In this document: piece by piece, positions 9,110 to 19,005 of the stretch
Layout: each line of letters opens with the position of its first letter
Position numbering within the stretch: the stretch's first letter is position 1
Assembly: GCF_000315625.1 (NCBI RefSeq)
Contig: NW_005434611.1
Coordinates: forward strand, 1 to 64,000
Reading direction: 5' to 3'
Length of the DNA stretch: 64,000 bases
Source: Guillardia theta CCMP2712
Lineage: Eukaryota; Protista; Cryptophyta
Position numbers and translations under genes: made by a program
Notes under the pieces: model-generated
The model's database searches: none
The model's input: only the letters and a program-made list of their open reading frames with translations
What the model was told of the DNA's origin: nothing

Positions 9110-11257
9110 TCAAGCTCGGTACGGGCTCGCCCCGTCTTCTTCCTCGCCCTCGCCTTGCTCTTCCTCCATGTCTTCCTCTTCTTCGTCATCTTCCCTCATC
9201 TCCACTCGCAGTCGGTCCTTCTTGTCCACCTTCAGCGAGCAGGCCAGCACATGCATCTCTGCGAATTTACTCAGTGCTATGAACAGGAAGCTAAGAGATC
9301 GACGCTCTATGTCGTCGCTCTCCGCCTCCTGCTCAAGCTCAGCAGCTGCCGTTGCCCGTGGCGAGAACGCGCTGCCTCTCCTTGCCTTCTTGCTCTCTCC
9401 TTGCACGCGAGTCCAGCGCTTGCTCTGCAGCCACTTCCCCAGCTTCTCCTTGAGAACGTTGCGCCCAACTCCCTGCTCCTCTGGCATCTTCGCCCACTCT
9501 CCCAGCGACATGAACTCCAGGCTCCCCGGAGAGTAGAACGTGTCGTGGAGGTTGCCAACGGCCTTGTCCAGGACCAGCTTGATCGGCTCGCTCGTCCCTG
9601 CCTCGTTCAAAGAAGCTGCATCTTCGATGACTGCTGACAGCTCGCTGACGAGCTGCATGTCCTCTTGGCTTGACGGAGATGCTGCCTCCATTGTGATCCT
9701 CTCCAGGTCTGTAAACTCCAGCCACTCTCCCTCGCTCTCCTCCTGTCGCTGCGCTGCGTCGCTGGTGCCCCGCTGACCAGCCGCCTCAGAGTCAGGCTCC
9801 TTGTCGAAGCCGACTGCTTCGAGCTTGGTGGCTGCGCCTTCGAGATAGAAGGGCAGCTCCTTCATCATGCGTCGAGCATCCTCCGTGGAGCCGAGGAGGA
9901 TGCATAGCTTGGACCCGTTCCAGGACTTGGTGTTCAAATCCTCCTCCATGTCGATGCCTTCAACGTTGATCTCGAGCCTGTTAGCGATCTCCAACAAGAC
10001 TCTCTTGACTCTTGCGATAGACGTGTTGCCGCCGTTGCACAGCCCCTCCATCTCCTTCCTCGTGAAGCGACCAGATGCCGCCGTCGACTTGATGATGATC
10101 TTGATCTCCTTGCCGTCCTTGCCGCCTGCCTTCTTCTGCATCCTTGATGCCTTCTTCAACTTATTTCTGGACACAAAGCGATCAGCTGTCAACTCGACTG
10201 CGAGCGCCTCTCTGATCTTCGGGTCCTCGCTGAACAGAGTCAGGTGTACTCCCTCCATCGCTTCGCTCTCTCGGAAAGCTCGAAATGCTGTATCATTCGC
10301 CTCTGGGCAGCTCGAGGAGACGATCCACTCCACCTCCCTCTGTCTCCAGATGACGTTGGCCCCTACAGCGATGAAGCCTTTCTGACCTAAGCCTTTGTGG
10401 ACTTGCTGTCCTGGCGCCCCAGCGACCAGCATGCCTGCCAGCGGCTGGAGTTGGACCGCTGCAAGGGACTGGCGCAGCAGCTGATAGCGATAGACGGCAG
10501 CTATCTCAGCCGTTGTCATGCCGCCCAAGGTTAGCAGGTGAGTCAGCTCTGCCAAGCTGCCCCCTTTGCCCCAGGGTCCTCTCTTGGCTCGAATCTTGAA
10601 AGATCGATCGTGCACGATGCTCACATGTACAGCTGTGAACTTGCGACCATCGATCGCGAAGTCCTCTCTTCCCTGCCAGAGCTTCTCCGCTTGTGCATTG
10701 CGGAGGAAGGAAACAGTCACCGGGATCTCCTCAGCACTCGCTATCTCGGGTCTATACGGAGCCTTCCACATGATTGCTTTACTCTCTTGCACTGAGTCTA
10801 CGATCAGTCCGATCTCTTCAAATTTCTTCTTCAGCTTTTCTTCATGGTTGACATACACCGAGGAGATGCCCAGGAGAGTCATGGAGATGAAGGAAGTCAC
10901 CTCGTTGCCTGCTGAGGCGGTGTATGTCTCGACCTTCTCTTTCTTGGCTTCTTCAATCTGCTGCATAAACCACTCTCTGGATGCGTCACTCCATCCAGCC
11001 ATCGCTTCTTGCAGAAACTCACGTCGTGCCTGCTGACATGTCGAGCGGATGGCTTCTGCGATAGCGTCGGGGGTGCATCCCTCCACAGCCTTGCAAGCCT
11101 GGGCTGTCCTGCTGTTCGGATAACGCTTCGCGAAGCTCTTCACCCTCTCGACGAGATCAGCTTCGAGGACAGAGGCATCCACAAGTCCGCTCTGCGTGTA
11201 TTGGCATGATCTCCGATACAGCAGGTTGCGAACATTTTCATCATACTGAAGAACCAT
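9110..11257 (-). CDS. ORF1-like protein, 715 aa from first ATG (MVLQYDENV...), RRM-like segments, acidic C-terminal tail
   Basis: Intact intronless ORF. The ORF track's start at 11398 is a TTG inside the telomere repeat. Homologous to 6397-8444. Confidence 0.88.
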   Translation of the reverse strand: MVLQYDENVRNLLYRRSCQYTQSGLVDASVLEADLVERVKSFAKRYPNSRTAQACKAVEGCTPDAIAEAIRSTCQQARREFLQEAMAGWSDASREWFMQQIEEAKKEKVETYTASAGNEVTSFISMTLLGISSVYVNHEEKLKKKFEEIGLIVDSVQESKAIMWKAPYRPEIASAEEIPVTVSFLRNAQAEKLWQGREDFAIDGRKFTAVHVSIVHDRSFKIRAKRGPWGKGGSLAELTHLLTLGGMTTAEIAAVYRYQLLRQSLAAVQLQPLAGMLVAGAPGQQVHKGLGQKGFIAVGANVIWRQREVEWIVSSSCPEANDTAFRAFRESEAMEGVHLTLFSEDPKIREALAVELTADRFVSRNKLKKASRMQKKAGGKDGKEIKIIIKSTAASGRFTRKEMEGLCNGGNTSIARVKRVLLEIANRLEINVEGIDMEEDLNTKSWNGSKLCILLGSTEDARRMMKELPFYLEGAATKLEAVGFDKEPDSEAAGQRGTSDAAQRQEESEGEWLEFTDLERITMEAASPSSQEDMQLVSELSAVIEDAASLNEAGTSEPIKLVLDKAVGNLHDTFYSPGSLEFMSLGEWAKMPEEQGVGRNVLKEKLGKWLQSKRWTRVQGESKKARRGSAFSPRATAAAELEQEAESDDIERRSLSFLFIALSKFAEMHVLACSLKVDKKDRLRVEMREDDEEEEDMEEEQGEGEEEDGASPYRA

Positions 11258-11345
11258 ACTTAGAAAGCTATTTGAAGTATACAAACCTCTCGCTTGCAGC
11301 TTCCTTGGCGCCCTGGCAGCTTCCCCTACACCACGCGTGCAGCCA

Positions 11346-11391
11346 TGGTGCCTGAAATAACCGGCGCTGGTGCCTGAAATAACCGGCGCTG
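11346..11391. repeat. 22-bp tandem duplication (TGGTGCCTGAAATAACCGGCGC x2) at the 5' end of the ORF1-only element
   Basis: Read directly from the sequence. Confidence 0.95.
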
Positions 11392-11442
11392 CCCTCAACC
11401 CTAAACCCTCAACCCTAAACCCTCAACCCTCAACCCTAAACC

Positions 11443-11481
<39 letters not shown>

Positions 11482-11585
11482 ACCCTAAACCCTCAACCCT
11501 AAACCCCTAAGCTGCCTCTACTAGGGGCCGGCCCCTAAACCCTAAACCCTAAACTCAAAAAAAAAAACCCTAACTAAACCCTAAA
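11392..11585. repeat. Proximal degenerate telomere tract: mixed CCCTCAA/CCCTAAA with interruptions
   Basis: Variant units CCCTCAA, a short non-telomeric insert at 11511-11533 and an A11 run at ~11557-11567. Confidence 0.95.
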
Positions 11586-11799
11586 TCTCAATCCTTTCAT
11601 GTGTCGGTGGTCTACTTGGTGTTGTGGAATGGCAGAACAAACAGGGATAAATGCGATGTTGAATCAGTGAAAAGAAGATCGAAACATTTGATGATGTCAA
11701 CCCGCGATGACATCATAAGACTCTATGCCCCTTTTATTCGAGATAGCCCGCCATGGTCATTATCTGAGGTAAATTTTGGGTTTGTTAAACGAAAATGAT

Positions 11800-13800
11800 C
11801 AACAAAGTAGGTCATAAAGACTCTATTTACGTCTACACTTCTTCTACCTACGAGGTACCTTTGTCCACATCAACGTCCAGTTAACAATTCTTGCCTCAAA
11901 GGATGTTGACTCTCGGCTTGTTTCTGGTTCTGTTGTTTCTCTTCTCCTCTCTGTCGTTGTTCTGCGATTACATCACAGACACCCATACATTGGTGGCGCA
12001 AGAAGCCAAAATGCCGTTTGTGATAATTATGGCGACGCTTTTAAAGAAAGGAATACATGTTTGTATCCGCCTTCTCATTCGTGCAGGTTTAGTCTCATTC
12101 TTGAAACTTACTGTTAAATGACGATACTAGGAATCTTCATCTCGTTCGGAGTTCTCAGCATCCGCACCATCTCATCAAGGCATTCCATTGATGAAGGCAA
12201 GCAACAAGAGAATGCTGCACTTGCTGACAAGACTGCTTGTTTCGTGTTCTAGTTGAGGTTGTTCCCGACATGCCAAGACCAGCTTTATATGTGGCGAACC
12301 ATCTCGGGTACTAAAATGACTTGCATAACATGTGGGTGACTCTCGAAGCTGGCTAGAGATTCTTGTTCTTCTCAGTCAGGTCTATCAGCGACCAGATACA
12401 TGCTTGCAACATGACAAGATTGATGAAGTTTGGCTGCACGTTTGTGGCCCACAAGTACATCAAAGACATTCCTTGTGTGGGATCCGTAGCTCGAGCTCTC
12501 GGCGTAGTGTTTGTTGGACAAGGTGATTTCATTTCAACCATGATGTGAAACAATAACAAGATAAAAGGTGAAAGCTCGAGTGAAACAGTCAAGCAGAGGA
12601 TCCTTGAGACATATGACTGTATCATAAAGTTGTTACAATTGGAAGCGAATCCTTTTTCTGAACTTCACACAAGAAACTGTCCGACATGTCGGAAATGCTA
12701 TCCGCCTGTGGTTATTTTTCCAGAGGTACTTGCAGGGGTTTGTAGCTTAAGGGCGCCAAGGAAGTGAGAGATGTGCAGGGAACGACGACAAATGGCCTCG
12801 GTATGCTGACCTTCCGCACAGGAGCGTTTGTATCATCGGTTCCTGTTGGTACCACAGATAAAGAGAGAAAGCAAACTGAGCTCTGATCTCCAGGTCTCTC
12901 CCGTTTGCCTTCGATTCGCTTCATCGCAACATTTCAATGCATCCTGGGAAACCATTCTCTTCTCCCACCATCTCTTACGTAACTTCATTGCACTCGCGGT
13001 CTGGATCTTACTCATGTGAAGGTACCATGACTCAAGTTCACAACAACATGCAGCTCATTTTGATGCCTCCAATCAAGGTTTATCGCTTCACCATTCCTTT
13101 TCGTCGCTTTATTGCACTGTTTGGAATTCATTGTGAATCAGGTGGCTAAAGATCCGAGTCGAGAAGAAGCAAGGCAGGCTCGATACTTTGCCGACATGGT
13201 GCCTCTGCCTGCTATCTGCTTCCCTGACACGTGCTCAGGTTCAGCTGACCATGAGTGACTGCATGCTGAGTCACTGGGGGCTATCGACACCAACTAGCGG
13301 GGGCAAGCAAGAAGGCAGGCAGCCCACAGGCTCAACTCTGTGTGATAGTTGCATCGCAGAAGCTCTGAGATTGAGCATGAACGAGGCGTCTCGCACAGCT
13401 GCCGAACGCGTTCCTGCGACAGTGAGAGGCGGAGATCCGACATTTCCTGTGTGGAAATTGAACAGGAAGCACAAGGTGAGATCGATTGCGGGCACGTGCA
13501 AAGACATAACGCAAGGCAGATGCTGTTTCATCAATGGGTGCTAGGGAAGAAGACGGACGAGGAATTGATTTCCGAGGTTTTCTGGAGGAGCAGCTGTTGA
13601 ACCCCTGACAGCAGTGCAGTATCGAAGTCTCCTTGCAAGCGACAACTCGCTTATGTCAAGCTTGATTGGATCTTTTGACCTCTCTCCCTGATACCTTTCT
13701 TGCCCTTTGTCGACCATGTAAACTATCAACCGCTGCGGCTTCACGTCCTCCTCAACCTTACTTGGCATTCGTTGCTGAATCCAACACCAACTCTTTGACT
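11800..13800 (-). CDS. Hypothetical multi-exon protein (boundaries approximate)
   Basis: Series of minus-strand coding-like segments (e.g. MPSKVEEDVKPQRLIVYMVDKG..., SLMYLWATNVQPNF...) separated by short intron-like gaps. No family recognised. Confidence 0.4.
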
Positions 13801-13859
13801 TATGTGTAATCGAGCACCTGTTGAGAAGAACGAGCCAAGACGACGCCATGTTGCATCTA

Positions 13860-16750
13860 CAATGGTATGAAAAGGAAAGCGCTTGAGCCTTGAATGTACC
13901 TGAAAGCATTCCATCGCCATCTCCAACGCCGAGAGCAAAGCTCTCTTCTTGTCTAAACCGTCATCCAACACAAACTCTAATGGCGTGTGAGAGAAAGACA
14001 TCAACAGAGCAACAACTTCTACCTTTCAATGACGACAAGTCCAGAGTCCTGTGCAATGGTAATGACCAACAAGAGCACAAGCTCATGAATTTCACCTCTC
14101 AGTCCAGACGGGAAATGCTTTCTGTTCGATCGGGTCCCAACCAAACAGAATATCTGCACCGTTGCAAGTCCCAAGCTGGAGAGCATACATGAAAATTGTG
14201 AGAGTGGGAATACGAACAAACCGTATTATGAAACCAATCATAAACTGCATTCCTCTGCTCATGGAGCGATTGGCAATTCGCCTCTTTCAAGCGTTCGCAA
14301 GCATTTTGGTGATTGTTGAGGTCAAGGTATCTGCAGCAACCTCAGATCAAAAACTGAGGTGGGAAGGGGAGTAGTAAAAACAGGCTCAATCGAGGAACGA
14401 TACTAAAATGATTCCAAGAGAACAGCAGGTGAAACATTTGACAAAACAAATCAAGGAGAGGTAAATACCCCGGGAGAAGCGAAAGATGATTCATGATTTC
14501 TCTAAGGGCACGGAAAATCATTTTCTTCTCTTCCTCTTCACAGGAAATTCGACTGATAAAGGCTCCTGAAGCTGCGCTGATCTTATCGGAACCTTGAGAG
14601 CAGCGAGGAGCTTCCTTCGTAGCAATGCTCAATCTTGTTGAGAGGTAATCGACCAGATGAATCTGCATTAAACGGAATGAGCGTTATCTCGTCCCTTGCG
14701 CTTTGCCCCAACCGCTCCCCCTCCTCCTGCATCAAGTTCCCAAACTCATTACCTCAAAGCATCCTGCACCAGCCACAGCAAACCCGTTTAAATGAACATC
14801 ATTGACGCATCTGAGAGCATTTTTCATCACGCTGGAAATATCTGACATGGTTGACTGTAGAAGACAGTTTGAGAAAAATCGATGGATTTTGATCATTAAT
14901 ATTACCTCCTCTGGACAACACAACAGGATTGTGCAAAATGTTTTAGAGATAAGAGATGCATTGCTCTTGGTAAAGACCATGCATCTCCTCCCAGAAATGA
15001 TCACCTATTGGGTTTCAACAGAAATCGAATCTTGCAACGACCATTCTTCACCTCGGACAATTTTCCAAACGCCCCAAAATCATCCTCACACACATCAAGA
15101 AGGATGGAACTTAGGATGTTTGCACCTGTGATGTCCTGCAAGCGCATCAAGTAAATCAAATCGTCTTGTCGCTGACACGATATTCTCTTTCTGCTCAGAT
15201 ATGGACACAAAACCTTGTCAAACCTGTAAGCTCTTCATATGGCGGACTGAAAGCCTTTCGAGGGGAAGTATTCCTCGTCTGAGACATTCCTCCTTTTCAG
15301 GTAAAACACATATTATCACTCGTCTGACACAGACACTCTAATCTTGTGTCACAAGCAAGTAGCTACCTGAATGGCTGGATCGATTCCTCGTTGACAAGCA
15401 AGGACGTGCACGCGACTGCGATGAAGATTCTCAACTAGATGTCGTAGATGTCTTAAAGCATCTTCATCTCCCTGCCCCTTCTGTCACTCGCTTTTGCAAG
15501 ATGACATGGATAATTACGTTTTCTGAAACATTTCGGTGGCGCGAAAACTGAAACGCTCCAGTAGCTGCATGTTGGTAGGCAGAGCCGTCAAAAGGCTCCA
15601 GTGCAACGTCAAACAAAACAATTCTCGAGCGATCAACCTCGGCCCTGTGAGTCACTTGAAGCGTAAGGGGAATACGATGCGCTCAGTCTAACCTCAATCG
15701 AGAATCGCTTGGAATAGAAGCGTCGATGACGAGACCTTGTACTACTTTGGAACTGTTGCTTATTGAGTCAGAAGTTTGCTTATGTCATTAGATAGATCTG
15801 ACGAAACCTCAAAACAGACAATCCAGGGACGGGAAATATCCGGAAGGAAGCTTTTTCCTCAACGCTTTAGCATCCTATCAGTCATAGAACACCAGGACGG
15901 GCATATTACCTTCTGAATGCTTCCATCACAAGATCAACCAGAAAACTGATTTCCCTCCCATTTAGACGAAAGCTTAACTTCGGCACCAAAACGGATCTCA
16001 AAATAGATCGAAGGAACCATTCTTGACGATGTTGATGCTTGCCATGGGTCAACTGAGCAGCATCGTGCTCATTGTTGAGAGGACAAGTCGAAATATTTTC
16101 TCCGCTCGCCCAACGAATCACCACGGGGCAGCTTGCCCAAGCGAAGTAGTCAAGTATCCACTCCTCAAGAGCAGCAAGAGCAATAGAAAGATGTTGTTGA
16201 CGGATGTGCGATGACGAATCCCGATGAAGCAACGAGCAATCCAAACTGGACAAAAATTCTACATGGACCCCAAAAGATTTTGAGCCAGCAAGCGTTTCTA
16301 AGCGCTCACTCTCACTTAAGCTCTCACGCTCTTGGTGATCACATGGCTAGTGAAGTAAATCAATGAGGTCAAGATGAAGGGAGCAAACCTGACACGTCGA
16401 CAAAGCCAACTCCAGAAACATCAAAATGCACAAGAGACCCTGATCGCGAAAAGATCGCAGATGACGGAGAATCAGATTCTGCAAGAAGACTGCAAAGGGA
16501 TCGCTTGGCTTCAAAGCCTGCAACAAGACTCTGACCACGGATTGATCAGAGAAAGACTGACCTCAATCAAGCTCAAAGAAAAAGACGTCAGCTTCGCTTT
16601 CCCACTGCTACCGCTCAACTGCAGGATGAATTTCCGTCCTGTTGGACCGAAACTGTGTGAGGCGATGGAATGGAGAAACAAAAGATGGGAGAAGAGCCCT
16701 CGCGTCCTTGTGACGGGAACAAGCTGCACACCATGATCGTTTAAACCCAT
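13860..16750 (-). CDS. MKKS: Chaperonin-like Bardet-Biedl protein BBS6/MKKS, multi-exon
   Basis: SFGPTGRK, RHLRSFRDQGL, CPVVIRW..LRSVLVPK..EISFLVDLVMEAF, RIVLFDVAL, CTILLC..KNALRC..VAGAGCFE and VLDDGLDKKRALLSALEMA match MKKS motifs in order. Confidence 0.78.
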
Positions 16751-16769
16751 GCTTCATTTCATAGTACGT

Positions 16770-16949
16770 TCAGACGTTTCGTTGACTCAGCTCTTGCTCT
16801 CTCTTGTGCAGGCGCTCCAGGTCTTTGATCACCCCTTCTCGCATGAGCTTTCTCTCCTTGTTTTGAGAATCGTGAATGAAGTATACGACGCCAACTGTAA
16901 CTGCTCCCATCACTGCGAACGCGATCGATCCCCCATGCTTTGTCAACAT
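16770..16949 (-). CDS. PET117: Cytochrome c oxidase assembly factor PET117-like, 59 aa (below the ORF-track cutoff)
   Basis: Hand translation: MLTKHGGSIAFAVMGAVTVGVVYFIHDSQNKERKLMREGVIKDLERLHKREQELSQRNV*. A TM helix followed by HxxQxxERxxMxxGVxxDxER is the PET117 signature. Confidence 0.85.
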   Translation of the reverse strand: MLTKHGGSIAFAVMGAVTVGVVYFIHDSQNKERKLMREGVIKDLERLHKREQELSQRNV

Positions 16950-16957
16950 GGCTCTGA

Positions 16958-17311
<354 letters not shown>

Positions 17312-17499
17312 TGAGTCAGGTGTATCCCTGGGAAAAAAGGCGGACCGGTGTCCAACTTTTGTGCCTGAGGTCTGTAATAAAAGATGGGGACCTCTCACAC
17401 ATGTTTCACGTGAAAGTTTGCAGCAATGGCGCTACGAGTCGGTGGCGTCCCCGAGCACTTCAACCTACCATGGCAGCTGGCAAGGCAAGTAGAGATGCG

Positions 17500-18913
17500 A
17501 CCGTATGATCATGTTCAATGTCACCATCATGAATTCAGTGATTACAACTTCAAAGGAGAAAGTGTAATCGGAGGAAATAGATCATAGAGTAAGAAGAAGT
17601 ATGGAAACTAGATATTATAATATGATCTTTGCAAATGCACGACACATATCTGAAACAATCACGCAGAGAAAGGAAACTGTTTGAGCAGGAAGGATTGCAG
17701 GTAGAATGGAAAGATTTTCCTGGAGGTACAGGTGCCATGTAAGATCTCCACTGCGATGTGAGTTACGCTGACCCGGATGAAATAGGACAAAAGCGCTGAA
17801 CGATGGAGAAGCAGATGTTTGCGTACTCCTGACTGAAGGAATTGTTAAGGACATTGTCTGCAACAAGAAGAGCAAAATAGTCTCTACGTTTGTTTCCAGT
17901 CCTCTTTGCTGGGGAATCCACACAGGTGCCACGCGGGTCCTCATGGTCTGCTCGATGACGAGAGGCGGCAGGAGCAAAACAGCAAGACGTGACAGCCGTG
18001 AAGGATCTCAATGAGAAGATATGGGCGATCAGCCGCTTCACCTCAGGCTCGCACCTCATGGCCTGTGAGCTGCTTGTTCACTCAATGCCGTTGAACTTAT
18101 CCGCTTCCTCTAGTCGTACTGGCGAAGCAGGAGGGATGGGACACGGCGAGCCTCAAGTTCAAGACCGTTGGAGACATCAAAGGCGCGCAGGAAGCTCTTA
18201 CTGATGGTGTTCCTGCTCCGATTGTTCCTTGTCTTTGTTGCTGACGGAGCGTGCCAGGATCTGCCAACGGCTTTCTCTGGGAGAAGTTCATGACAAAGCC
18301 TCTTGTGGATGGGGGAGTCTTCCGTAGGGTCAGTTAGAAGGGGTGGGGGGCAGGGACTTAGGCTTCACGCAGGTAGGAGAGATTCCAACGCCATGGCCAT
18401 GTTTCGTGATCGCAGTGAGGAACGAGATTCTTCAAGAAGTGAGTTGAACCCCTTTGACGAACGTGACGTGACGGAGCTCCAGAGATCTGCAGACGTCAGG
18501 AAGATGATCGACATTGTTCAGAAGGTTTGCCAGGAGTTCAAGGCGGACGAAACGTCTCCAGCGTTGGTGGCACAGTGTGTTCAAAACGTGATCAATTCGT
18601 TACTTAATGACTTGTGCCGCCAGGACGTTTGAGCACAAATATGAAGACGCGTGCGAGTGGATGAAAAGCGTTGAGTGGAGCTCGGCATGTCAAACTGATC
18701 GCGAAATGATCCTGAAGGTCTTTCTTTGTCTGGCCTACACTCCCTGCTCGTGCTCTGTTCTCATCACTTTCTTCATCTCTCCTCCTCTCTTTTCCGATCA
18801 CTCGCGGTTCTTGAAGCTGATTTCTTTCCTTGCTGCAGGTCGCACACACACTGGCAGAGCTCAACATCATCCAAGAGATTCCTGACGTATCAGAAATCGT
18901 CAAGGACATTTGA
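17500..18913 (+). CDS. Ca3427-like / NMT1-THI5-type substrate-binding (PBP2) protein, multi-exon; start uncertain
   Basis: WKDFPGGTGAM, DVCVLLTEG, SPLCWGIHTG, ISRFTSGSHLMA, FLWEKFMTKP, GEIPTPWPCFVI. Confidence 0.8.
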
Positions 18914-19005
18914 AACGTTTCCAGTAAATTTTGTATTCTTGTCAAGCTCGTGTCAAAATCTCCTGCAACGACTTGGGCATTGCTTGGCTCAGAACTATAC
19001 ACAAG

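Larger units (their letters stand above)
8707..11391 (-). mobile_element. ORF1-only (non-autonomous) telomeric retroelement, ~2.7 kb
   Basis: Bounded on both sides by telomere repeats. Its single ORF is homologous to ORF1 of the adjacent LINE. It has a 22-bp 5' duplication and a ~400-bp 3' UTR with no ORF2 sequence. Confidence 0.85.
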
